Source: Patellaria atrata CBS 101060 (taxonomy: Eukaryota). Taken from it: DNA of 64,000 nt. Position 1 is the first letter of the stretch. The number at the start of each line of letters is the position of its first letter. A model generated the notes under the pieces. The model was not told the origin of the DNA and did not search any database. It saw only the letters and a list, made by a program, of their open reading frames with translations. The DNA is taken from assembly GCA_010093705.1 (NCBI GenBank), contig MU006111.1, positions 1-64,000 of the forward strand, read 5' to 3'. A program made the position numbers and the translations under genes. Positions 1-10,367 of this stretch are shown here, in pieces.

Positions 1-1187
1 ATGGAGTATATGGTTGAACGAGATTTGCCATGTTAGAAGAATAGAGTTCTTAGCTTCGTGGTCTCTTCGAAGACGGCCTCCCTCGTAGTCTAATAAGCTT
101 GTCTTTTTCCTGTCGCTCTTGTAGAACTGGTCTAGATACTGCCGTACTGAACATCTTGGTGCCCGTTGTCGGATGTATGCAGCCGCCTGCACAAGAGCGA
201 GTGGCATGAATTCGAGCGCTGTCGCCAACTCGGCTATACCGTCGTTGTCTATTCCCTCCCCAAGTTTCTTTCGTAGGAGACTTTGCGCACCTATAATACC
301 CATCGGCTCGATGGTTAAAATGTCGGGGTCTTCGACCAACTCCAGCGCCGTACTCCTTGTCCGACTAGTGACCATAACCGCGCCGTTCTTACTCGGGGGC
401 AAATAGGATGCGAGGTGCCGTTGACGAGCGCGATCTCCGCCGCTAGCTTGTATCTTATGGCCATTGCTCGCTTGTAGAGAGAGACTGACGGCATCATCGG
501 CATTATCGAGGACTAACAGCCACTTGCCGTTCTTCTCGTTGCGAAGCCAGCTAGAAACGAGCTCGAATATATCTGCTTGTGGGTCTTTCCGACCAGCCAG
601 CTTGACTTGGTCCGCGATGGCTCGGTAGCCTTGCTCGACCCGGGCCGCGTTGCTGGCGTGAACCCAGAATACCCACGTCTCCGGCGATCGATCTGCGGTT
701 CGATAGCAGTGCTCGATAGCAAGTTGCGACTTTCTATCCCTGCGTTAGGTGCGAGGACCAGGGCGAGTGTTTTCTCCACTTACCCCACGCCACCGAAGCC
801 GACTAATGCTATACGAGATGCCGGCGTGGAGCATTTCTCGTGTATCTCATCGAGTAGCGTGCCACGATCGACGAAGTCTGGGTCACGGCAAAAGGGGATA
901 TCGCAGGAGGGGCTCGGCGGGGTCTCTAGTCTCTCTATTACAGCGGGATTTTAGTATCCTTTCTCTATGACGCAAAGTTACTAGCAACGACTCACCATTA
1001 TATTGGATGTTATAGGTTTCTGTCACGGAGCCTGACTGAAACTTAGCATGAAAACCATATCGCTGTAAATAAGAGACATACCGATCAACTGTGCATTGCC
1101 CGAGATATAACCGGCTACAGTGCCACTGTTGCCAGAGATAGGGCCAAGCTCGATTCCCATCGGGATTGCTGTCACGTTGCTAGCCAT
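1..1187 (-). CDS. Fungal NLR-like NB-ARC protein (5' part; continues beyond the left edge, probably into TPR repeats)
   Basis: Missed by the ORF track. Manual splicing (exons 1187-1082, 1031-996, 934-784, 733-<1; GT-AG introns) gives one open frame: MASNVT...ERLETPPSPSCDIPFCRDPDFVDRG...RIALVGFGGVGKSQLAIEH (Walker A)...WVFWVHAS...WLLVLDNADD (Walker B)...VMVTSR...LEFMPLALVQAAAYI...LLTWQISF. Confidence 0.85.
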
Positions 1188-1763
1188 TACTGCCGCAGAG
1201 GGTTATATATACAAGGCCCAGACACTATACTAGCGTGTTTAGGTAAGTAAAAAAATTATAGGGTACTTTGAATGAGTCGGCTAAAACATCGAAAGACTAC
1301 GCTCGAGTGCGTGGGTATATTTCCTTATAAGCTCTTCACCGGTTAACCTCTCCTAGCTTAATATCGCACAGCCTTTCTCCAGAATTAAGCCCCTACAGGT
1401 TCAGCTGTATTTCAACGTCGCTCTTAGGCTTAAACGAGTGGATATATGCACTCGCGCGGGCTTTAGGTGCGACGGGGCTACATGTAGATTGGAGACCGTC
1501 CAGCTTTCTAGCTGGGCATACGTTGGACAAGCCCCGTACCCGAAAGCTAGTAGTAAATCGGGGATGCCCGACCTTATACCATAATTTTGTATTTCTAAGA
1601 CTGCGAACCCTTCCTATATCAGCGTGTTAGGTGTGCATGCTCAAGAGTATATAACAGGCCACAGCCGCTCCATCAGCGAGGCTCGTCTATAAACATCGGT
1701 TCGGCCTAGTCAAAGTGAGAAATAGAAATAATCGCATTCACCATCTCTCCTACTTGTTCTAAC

Positions 1764-2070
1764 ATGGCCGAAAGTGTAGGATTTGGGATACCTTTACATA
1801 ACCCAAATGATGCCAAGGTCGAGTACGTCTATCCTAGAGTAGCAGCCTATGTCCATTCGACTTCTTATTCAGTCTTACTAACCAAAAGTTAGTATTATAT
1901 TTGTCCACGGTCTGGGCGGCCATAGATCTACGTAGCGTATAGCCTCGGCGGCCTTATTGTCGCAAATGTACTGTGGTAGTGTTTCGCCCGCCGGGCGTCA
2001 ATGAAACGGCGCAGAAACTCACAGAGAATACCATAGGCATGATCTTCTTGGGTACGCCATTTGCGTAACA
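1764..2070 (+). pseudogene. Degenerate SesB/SERAC1-like alpha/beta-hydrolase (lipase) fragment
   Basis: ATG at 1764 and intron 1823-1892 give MAESVGFGIPLHNPNDAKVDIIFVHGLGGHRST* (TAG where W is expected). Shifted frames then give AYSLGGLIV (AHSLGG nucleophile elbow) and TIGMIFLGTPFA. Internal deletion, frameshifts and truncation by an LTR relic. Confidence 0.7.
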
Positions 2071-2144
2071 GGCTAGAGCCTAGTGGTATGGGATGCCCTG
2101 CATCCGAAGATCAGCCAGTAATATTTCCCTCGAACCTACCCTCA

Positions 2145-2260
2145 TGTCGGATTGTTGCGGTAGCTGAAAAGATGCATGCTTGATTCTTACAAAGTAGTTC
2201 TATCTAGCTATTATATACTACAGGTGTGTACCAAAAAAGACGGAACAGTATAAAATCTAC
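2145..2260 (-). mobile_element. RIP-mutated LTR relic (3' half), same family as 4657-4780 and 10368-10537
   Basis: Shares a core of about 55 bp (AGCTGTTATATACTGCAGGTGTGTACC...GACGGAACAGTATGAAATCT) with the other two copies, differing mainly by transitions. Ends in ...GACA on the minus strand. Confidence 0.6.
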
Positions 2261-2280
2261 GTCTTAAAAAATAACGAAAT

Positions 2281-2340
2281 TAGTACCAATAGTAAGAACT
2301 AAAAGATAGTGCTGTATCAGATTAGTAACCCTGGTTACTC
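2281..2340. repeat. Dispersed repeat, inverted copy of ~7293-7350
   Basis: The reverse complement GTAACCAGGGTTACTAATCTGATACAGCACTATCTTTTAGTTCTTACTATTGGT matches 7294-7349 GTAACCAGGGTTACTAATCTGATATAATACTATATCTTTCAGTGCTTACTGTTGGT. Confidence 0.7.
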
Positions 2341-2479
2341 CGACACGTGATACTATAGTCCGTGGTGTAATAAGCGAGCAGCACATTAATCCTGGTTGCC
2401 AATATTCTAACAGAACAGCATATGCCGTCTCAACACTTTTTTTCCTTAAGTTTAAGCTTCATGTACATGTAGTAATATA

Positions 2480-4181
2480 CCTTTCAGCTTCCATCTGAGG
2501 TTGAGCCTTGACACACTCCAAGGCCAGTCTCTCGATAAATCAACCACACAAGCTATTGCTTCCACGGCAAAGAAGACATCTAGAAATGACTGTCTTAAGA
2601 AGTGCCTTTTGTGGAAAAGACGACCGTTGGAGAGTCTGCTCTTATATCAATCCACGAGCTACAAAGCCAATAGACTATTCTGAGACCACCTAAAAGCTCG
2701 TTAATACCAAGATTTTAGAGCTAAATGAGTGGCAACGACTCGTAATCCAGAAGATTCGAACATCTAAGCCAAAGAAGGCTAAAGATGAGAAAGAAGACGC
2801 CTCTAAATCTAACGACAATCGAAAAGGAGATACTGGTATATTCGTTGGAGCAAAGTTTTCGGGTCCTGCAGCCGCTTTTAATCTCGAAGCTATACAGCTA
2901 GAAGCAGTCAATGCCTTTGTCAATAGTGATCTGGACGAAGAAGTATACTGCAGATATCCGGACGGGTTCCACAAACCGGGGCTTGTCATAAAGCTTCGCA
3001 AAGCGTTATACGGACTGAAGAGATCGCCTAAGCTCTGGTATCAGTTGTTTTCGAAAACACTATAAGAGCTGGGGATGATGCCGGTTCCTAATATCAATTG
3101 CTTATTTACGGACGGGACAGTATTAGTGTTTTTCTACGTGGACGATATAGTGCTATTAGCACGTTCTCAGTTTGCAACGAAGCTCCATGAGTTTGAAGAT
3201 AAAGTGATGGGAAAGTTTCCAATGCGAGATCTTGGAGATCTCCAGTATTTTTTGAGAATACGTATCATACGCGACAGGCCAAATTTGAAAATACGGTTGT
3301 GTCAAAACGCCTATATTGACAAGATTGTCAACAGATTTGAGCTTCAGAACTGTCTTGCGAGGCATACATTCCTTCCCACCGAAGAGCTTGTTCAGAACGT
3401 GTCAGACGAAGCACCACCAAGCCTAATATCAGTATACAACACTCGGGTCGGCTCTATTGGCTGGGTGAGCAGCATAACCAGACCAGACATCGCCAAAGCC
3501 CACAGCAAGCTGTCGGAATTCCTTAAGAATCCGTCAAGCAAGCATCTTGAGGCTGCAAATCAAGTGCTGGCTTATCTGAAGTATCACAAGCATCTGGCAA
3601 TTCAGTACGATCGAATGTCGACTGGAAGGGTGTTTGCAAGCTCTTCTGACGCCTCATTTGCAGGTAACCCCGACCGGCGAAGCTCTCAGGGGTTCCTCTT
3701 CTCATTATTCGGTGGACTAATTGACTGGCAGACCTTAAAGCAGAAGACAGTGACCACCTCAAGCACAGAAGCTAAGCTGTTAGCTCTCAGTTTTGCTACC
3801 AGGGAGATGGTAGCGTGGAATCGCTTCTTTGAAGCGATCGACTGTGATCCAGAGCACCGGAGCTCAGTTTGGTGCGACAATCAACAGACGATACGGCTTC
3901 TCAAAGAACCTGAGCCTCAGTTAACAACAAAACTCAGACACGTGGATATCCACCACCTCTGGCTGAGGCAAGAGGTTCAGCATGACCGGATAAACGTAGA
4001 ATAGAAGCCTACAGCCGAGATGCCGGCAGACGGACTGACAAAACCTCTGCCCCGGCAAAAGCACGAAAACTTTGTGAACTTACTAATCCTTTCGACATAC
4101 AACACCTTATTTAAGTGTATAGAACGGACTGTGCAGCTACTGAATAGCATCAAAAACCGCTCTTGAGCAGCTGGAAGGGTG
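2480..4181 (+). mobile_element. Ty1/copia retrotransposon internal region (RT-RNase H pseudogene, internally deleted)
   Basis: RVT_2 motifs QLEAVNAFVNSDLDEEVY, LRKALYGLKRSPKLWY, YVDD and MRDLGDLQYFL; RNase H motifs SDASFA..DRRSSQG, VTTSSTEA, CDNQ, KLRHVDIHHLWLRQ and MPADGLTK. In-frame stops near 3063 (TAA) and 4002 (TAG). A purine-rich PPT-like tract precedes the LTR. Confidence 0.93.
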
Positions 4182-4508
4182 TGTTAGATGGTAGAGCTGT
4201 TAGAGTATTGGTGCTACCGGCGACGAGGGGTAATGTTGAAGTATGGGTCCTTTGGTGGTTCTGTCAGCTATCTGTCAGATATCCGCAACGGAGTAGCATG
4301 GAGCACGAAAAAGTCTCTCTTCAACAATTATCTGTTCCGTCCTCAACTGACTCCACCATCTCAACAGATATCTCAACGACTATTAGATATATTGAGATTT
4401 GGGTACGTGTTCTCTGTACCTCTTAAGTATATATAGAAATTCCTTCGGTAGATAGATAGAAAATCAAGCGATATATTCAGTGCACCTGCAGATCCAGTTT
4501 ATCTAACA
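4182..4508 (+). mobile_element. 3' LTR of the copia element (327 bp)
   Basis: Perfect 8-bp inverted termini TGTTAGAT...ATCTAACA, directly after GGAAGGGTG and downstream of RNase H; internal TATATATA. Confidence 0.85.
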
Positions 4509-4656
4509 GGTGGTGTTGAGTTTTTCTCTCTTCATTTTCCATCTCTTTTGCCATCAATAACGCTCCTGCCTGAGGACTGCATTGTCAGCAGCCTTCAGAT
4601 GAGTCCTTTATAGATTTTATATTTGAATAGTGGGGTTTTTGACGTTGGAGGCTCGG

Positions 4657-4780
4657 TGTTATGCAGATACACAGCTGCCAATGGTTACTATGCAGGTCGA
4701 GAGTTGATAGAATTGATCTTATTTAGCTGTTATATACTGCAGGTGTGTACCGAAATGGACGGAACAGTATGAAATCTATT
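4657..4780 (-). mobile_element. LTR relic (3' half)
   Basis: Carries the ~55-bp core shared with 2145-2260 and 10368-10537; ends ...ATAACA on the minus strand. Confidence 0.6.
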
Positions 4781-4790
4781 GCATACGTAT

Positions 4791-5905
4791 TCAGCCATCA
4801 CGTAAATTCATCTTTTGCTTATAGTGCTTCTGATGAGTACCGCCTTTTTCATCTGCCCAAGCCGTCGAAGCGCGCAAAATCGCCTGCTGTCTCTGCATCT
4901 TTCTTTGAACGGTGGTCAAACTCCGCATTTGTTGCTTAGAGACACCAACAAGACCCATTGCGTCTCGCACGGCGACTGCGATATCTTGAGTTCCTCCTTG
5001 GGCTCTTATGAGTGATTCGGCTTCAGCCGGGTCAGTCGAAGAAGTTATGTCAGTGTTGTCGATTGGACGACCCTCAATAATTGTTCTGTTGGAAGTCTCT
5101 TTGGCCGTCGAGGCAATTCGACGAGCAGAAAGGCGAGCCTCTCGAGCTTTGCTCTTGGATTCAACAACTTTCCCAGAGGGAAGTGTGTATTCGCCTTCCG
5201 ACAAGGCTCTATATGACCCCGCCGTATCAGCTTTTAGTGCCCGTGATTTCGGCGTCGCTTCGTCGTCACTGTCGGAAAATTCCCAGAATTCGAGAAGCTC
5301 CGGTTCGCGCTCCAAGTTGATCATACAATGACCCTTATCGAGCATGTGCCGCCGAATACTTTCAGGGGAATGCCTGGTCATTCCACAGTATAGGCACTCG
5401 TTGTACTCGATGATAACCGTGCGTAGATACCTAATGATTGTCTCGAGACTCGAGAGATGCTCCATCTCAGGAATGTAAAGACCATGCTCTGAGGACATGT
5501 GCTCAAGGTTGGTTTCCATGCTGTCTGAGTTCCTGGGACAAAATAGACAGCGGTTGATCTGAGCCTGTTCATCGATGAGATCTTGAAAATCGTCACTCTC
5601 ATCCGCGGGTTTCTTTTCAGTCGCGGGTATCACTATTGCTGAGGAAAAGGGAGCATCCGATGGTTCTTGTTTGCTCGATACAAGACTCGTTGCCACACTC
5701 TCGGCATAATTAGATGCTGAAATTGGCGGCAGAGATGCTATTCGACGTCTGAGATTATAGACACTATGAATTGGTAAGCCATTCATTCTTAGTGGGTGTT
5801 GTTCGCTTCTTACTGCCACGGCTCTCGCATGTGTGTTCGTTGACCCGGAGAATTTTCGAAAATAAGGTCGCAAGTATTGCATGGAAAAACCTTTTTGAAC
5901 GACAT
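4791..5905 (-). CDS. REI1/REH1-like C2H2 zinc-finger pre-60S ribosome biogenesis factor
   Basis: The true start is probably 5905 with one intron: MSFKKVFPCNTCDLIF...QRTHMREPWH|VYNLRRRIASLPPIS, then CLFC...NLEHMSSEHGLYIP, ECLYCG...IRRHMLDKGHC and TLPSGK. These are hallmark REI1 motifs. Confidence 0.85.
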
Positions 5906-6719
5906 AGTGTCAAATTCAGATGCGTAGCTTATAGTGTTACTTGACGATTCTCCGAGTATGAATGATATCCAGGGATAATAGGTTTTGAATGTCGCAACCA
6001 GTTCAATTGCATTTTGTCAGATCCTGGAGGTCTATTTAATATCGATTTTCTCCTTTTCGGTAGTTCAAATGCATTTCACATATTGTGTAAAAAGTGCATG
6101 GGATCGTGATGACTCGGACCACTACAAATCAGTGAGTCACGAGAAATGGGTGAAGAAGAGAGAAGAGAAATACCCCTTAGACGTTTCTTGTTAAGGGCTA
6201 GAACTAGTGTCTTGGCCAAACCTTTGCCTTTGGGCTGTGCAATCATGCCTACCTCCCTCGCCCCCAGTACATACATCACATTATATACATGAGTAGCGGT
6301 TGCAGAACTAAGCAACGTATGCGAATAATCACAATTAGCACTGTCAGTTCAGTTATTTGACTCATCCTGCACCCAGCAGTCGTCTTCGAGCTCTTCGTCC
6401 GTTCACCCATAACTGAGCGATCCGTATATCTCTAATTTGGGGCTTCAGATACGGCTCTGGATCCTCTATCAGGTACGCTCTAAGCTGAGCGATCGGCACG
6501 GGCTAGATCCGATATCAGATCAAGCCTCAGTCGGACGTGTGTACAGCCTTAGATTCGGCATCAAAATTACCTCTACCTGGCGTTCCATAAGGCGATACGG
6601 TATCATTTAAACCCTGAATAGCTTAGATTCAGTATCCAATTCAGCAACAGATTCTCCCTAAGCACACCTTAGATTCGGCATTAAACTCCGTCTTAAATTC
6701 CGCGTCAGAGGTAATAACC

Positions 6720-6920
6720 TCATCTTCCTCCTCACCCTCATCATCATCATCCTCCATTTAGTCTATACCATCTCCCTTCTCCTTCTCCTCCTTCTTCTCT
6801 CCCTTCTTCTCTCCCTTCTTCTCTCCCTTCTTCTCTTCCTTCTTCTCTCCCTTCTTCTCTCCCCTTTCTTCTTCTTTTTCTTCTCTTTCTTCTTCCTCAG
6901 CCTCTTCCTCGTCTTCGTGG
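6720..6920. repeat. Pyrimidine-rich minisatellite/low-complexity tract ((TTCTCTCCCTTC)n and TCC/TCA triplets)
   Basis: About six tandem 12-bp units at 6790-6865, flanked by CT-rich sequence. Confidence 0.85.
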
Positions 6921-7059
6921 GTTAAGCAACGATTCCCTTCTGCCGCGCGGTTGCTATGTCCCGGCGTTTCTTTTATCACATCGATGTCCTTAGTATAGTA
7001 TCTCCAAAATTTAGTAGCTGTAGTCTCCTTGTCTGCTAGCGCTTAGGCTGGCTTTTTAT

Positions 7060-7350
7060 ATATATTGGAGTATTGGTCCTACTCGTAACCAGAGTTAGCA
7101 AAAAAAGAATTTTACTGCCTTAACGTTAAAAGCCCCACCGTTCAAATTAAAAATAAAGAACTCAAATCTAAAGGTTGCTGATAATGTAGTTTCCAGGCAG
7201 AAGTGCTATCGATAATAAAAGAGATGGAGCTGTTGAAGTATTGGTCCTACCGGCGACTAGGGCTAACGAGCTACTCGCTTATTAAGTATTAGCGTAACCA
7301 GGGTTACTAATCTGATATAATACTATATCTTTCAGTGCTTACTGTTGGTG
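7060..7350 (+). mobile_element. Degenerate LTR fragments related to the 4182-4508 LTR
   Basis: 7221-7267 GAGATGGAGCTGTTGAAGTATTGGTCCTACCGGCGACTAGGGCTAAC resembles the LTR start GATGGTAGAGCTGTTAGAGTATTGGTGCTACCGGCGACGAGGGGTAAT. A second AGTATTGGTCCTAC lies at 7069. Confidence 0.65.
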
Positions 7351-7456
7351 GGAGCACCGCTCTATTCAGGACTGTGAAGGAATACTTAAGGACGCTCCTT
7401 TGCACATGTATTTAGATTCTTCGTAGTTCTTCTTACCAGCATATCTTACTATAAGA

Positions 7457-8377
7457 TTGGATGTTACGGTCTACGACTTAACTCTACCTTATCACGCTGT
7501 TTTTATACAGTATACCTTGTCTCCGTTGTGAGCCTTTATGAAAGAGTTTAGGAGTCAGCAAGTTGTATCGTCAACTTGGAAGGGCAAACGTTCACGTTTT
7601 CCTATTATTAGCGAGACCTACCCTTCTTAGAGAAGGGTCACGTTAGTGAGAATCCTGACGCGTTTCTAGACTTGTCTTGTTCTATCTCGATAAGTATAGA
7701 CTCGCGTTGTAACAGTTGTCTTGAAGAAATTAAGTGTCACAGTGGTTTACAGCGTTAAGGGATTCCTGCAGGTGTTGGGGCTGTTTGGATTGATTACACG
7801 ATTGTACTGGTTTGGTGTTCCTTGCAACCCGTAAGCCGGCTTCGCGCCGTACATCAAAACTGCTGCAAGGAACCATCTTTCCTTTCTTTTTAGTTTTAAC
7901 TTTCTCTCTATTGCATCTAGTGCAACGGTCACTGAGCACTTCATACTGATAGGTCAGGTGTAACTGAATATATTATGCTAAGGAGTAAGAGTATCTACAA
8001 CAGCTACTCTCTAGTAAAGTTTCATACCAAGAGATTAGATCTGATTGATAGGAGATGGGCGTGAGCCTCGTCCTACCTGCTCACGTTTACTCCGTGAGGT
8101 CCAACTTAGTAGCAATTGATTAATATGTTACAACGGGAGTCTACACTTATCGAGATGGAACAGGATAAGTCTGGAAACGCGCCTGGCTTCTCACTTAACG
8201 TGGTCAACCACTAGGGTAGGTTTGGCAAAGTGATAGGATACGTATAACAAAGGCACTTCAAGTTGTCGACACAACTTGCTGACTCCTTGACTTCTGGTTA
8301 ACGCTCACAATGAGACAAGACGTACTGTATGGAAACAGTGTGACAAGTGAAGTCAAGTTCAAAACCGTAACATCCAA
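7457..8377. mobile_element. Non-coding segment of ~920 bp bounded by a 14-bp perfect inverted repeat (solo LTR or MITE-like)
   Basis: TTGGATGTTACGGT at 7457-7470 and ACCGTAACATCCAA at 8364-8377; no coding capacity inside and no clear TSD. Confidence 0.45.
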
Positions 8378-8505
8378 ATCTATGGGTAAGATTGATGGTA
8401 AGAATAACTACGAAGTATCTAAATACATGAGGGAAAGACCGTCCTTAAATATTCCTATCCTTCATAGTCAATTTGGTGCCTTTGGATGTTTTGGACTGGA
8501 CGTTC

Positions 8506-8590
8506 ACGTCCACGACGTCCACCGCGTCCACTACTCTTTTGGACATTCTGGACGCTCTGGACGTCTACGTCCACGACGTCCACCGCGTCC
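8506..8590. repeat. 24-bp direct repeat pair within a GACGTC-rich tract
   Basis: ACGTCCACGACGTCCACCGCGTCC at 8506-8529 and 8567-8590. Confidence 0.8.
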
Positions 8591-8947
8591 TCGTCACGTG
8601 ACCTCCAGTCACTGGTTTCACCCGTAGTTCCTCCGAGTGGTGTTCTACTTTCCTCTCACTCGTGGACTGCATGCTTCTACAACTTGTGGCCGTAACATAA
8701 TACTATCAGTTCTCTCTAGTGCACCGTGACAATTATAATAGTTATATTATGTATTAAAGAAAATAATATAAGAAGAAATAAATTAATTAATTTATAAAGA
8801 TTTTTATTTTTTATTTGAATATATGTAAAAATACTATTGAAAAAAAAGGAGTAAATCTTAAAGGGAAAGGGTGTTAGGATTTTTAGTCTAAAAATCACGT
8901 CCGTACTCGTGCAACCCAATCGAGAATTTCAGGTCCCCACCTTTATA

Positions 8948-9979
8948 ATGGCTGTGCCCGCGAGCTTTAAGGTCCACATCTTTACTCGTCATGATCCGGT
9001 CATCGCAACACTATTCCTCCGAGATCTCTATGCCGACTTTCCTCACGGGAAATGGAATCTTGCGCCTATGGTTCCAGATACTGCGCAGTCTAGTGTCCTA
9101 TCAGATCCACCTCAGCTTCCGAAAGAGCTATGGCATCGCAAAAGAATGGGACGTTTTATCTTACACACGGTCCAGCTAGCGGAAATGTCCTTAGGCGGCT
9201 TGCTTTCCGTATTTGCAGCAGTCTATGGCTTCGAGCTCAAACATCTCGCACAATTCACGATATTTCCACAGTCCGCTAGAGCCCGTAGAGATAATGCACC
9301 TTGGTATGACCGTTCACTTCCATCAACAATGTCCCTAACCGAAGCCTGGAAGCTTGACAATGATATGTGGTACCAGAGACCGCCTGAACCAAGTCCACCG
9401 TTGCACTTGGTCCTGGAGACGAAAGCCGCTGCACTTGGTAGAACTGTGGGTGATGATATCGATGTTAGTGAAGCCACGGCGTACGAATTACGCGATGCTT
9501 GGTCAACATACGAAAGTTTCTGGCGTGATTATCAGTATTGTCAGCAGGATACTCTGTCTGGTGTATTGGCTAGGTTCGAAGAAATTAGACTTCGCCTGAG
9601 TGAGCTGAGTTCTTCAGAAACAGCACTGACGTTCTCGGACGAATTGCAGCTTGGCGAGAGACTGGCCAAAAGGAAGCAAGATTTGTGCCATGCGAGGGAG
9701 GTTCTAATGACCATTGGGTCGAATCACCTTGAGTACGAAATTGAGCACGAGATATATATACTGAACAAAGAGATTGAGCAATTAGAGCCTAATCTAAGCG
9801 CCTTGAAAGAGCTGAAAAGCATGATGGCACTGCATGTTTATCCGTGGGAGCAATGGGTGATGAAGGCGAACTACAACGCAGCTTTAGAGCCACCGAATCT
9901 CCAAGAGGAGCAGATTGAAGACGAAGCCAAACGGGCATTACAGCAAATCAAAGATAAAGCTGCCAATTGGACACCCTAA
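8948..9979 (+). CDS. Hypothetical protein with coiled-coil-like C-terminal half
   Basis: Open frame of over 340 codons with protein-like composition (first ATG at 8948); no family recognised. Confidence 0.5.
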   Translation: MAVPASFKVHIFTRHDPVIATLFLRDLYADFPHGKWNLAPMVPDTAQSSVLSDPPQLPKELWHRKRMGRFILHTVQLAEMSLGGLLSVFAAVYGFELKHLAQFTIFPQSARARRDNAPWYDRSLPSTMSLTEAWKLDNDMWYQRPPEPSPPLHLVLETKAAALGRTVGDDIDVSEATAYELRDAWSTYESFWRDYQYCQQDTLSGVLARFEEIRLRLSELSSSETALTFSDELQLGERLAKRKQDLCHAREVLMTIGSNHLEYEIEHEIYILNKEIEQLEPNLSALKELKSMMALHVYPWEQWVMKANYNAALEPPNLQEEQIEDEAKRALQQIKDKAANWTP

Positions 9980-10367
9980 AACACGTCTGGAATTTTTGCA
10001 ATGGTAAAGTATAACCACATGACCCTAATTGAACGCTTGTAACTATCATAGTTAAATAACGTCAACACCAGACTAAAGAATATTCTAGGGCGGACCTCAA
10101 TAATGGAATAAACCCCAAGCTCGCTCCCGTTCGTTTATATGAACGACGCGTCGAGAGATCAGAATCCGTTGGCGGCGTACCCGCAGGCTGACTTAGCCAG
10201 ATTGAAAGCTATTGCAAGAAAGTATGATCGTACTACAGAAGGATAGCTTCTTGTTGTCGAAGTTGTAGTTCTGGGATGGGATTGTCTGGCCCAGCTCCTG
10301 ATCAATCAGATTAGATCTCTTGGCGTAACACTCATTCAAGAACTCCTCCTATCTTTTTAGTGTTTAC

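Noticed and set aside
173..970. Several short plus-strand ORFs
   Set aside because: They are antisense shadows of the spliced minus-strand NB-ARC gene.
6549..6685. Spaced short direct repeats superficially like a CRISPR array
   Set aside because: Eukaryotic context, repeats of only ~13 bp that are degenerate and irregularly spaced, and no cas genes.
6758..6979. 73-aa E/K-rich ORF
   Set aside because: It is the translation of a CT minisatellite, with no evidence of an intact gene.
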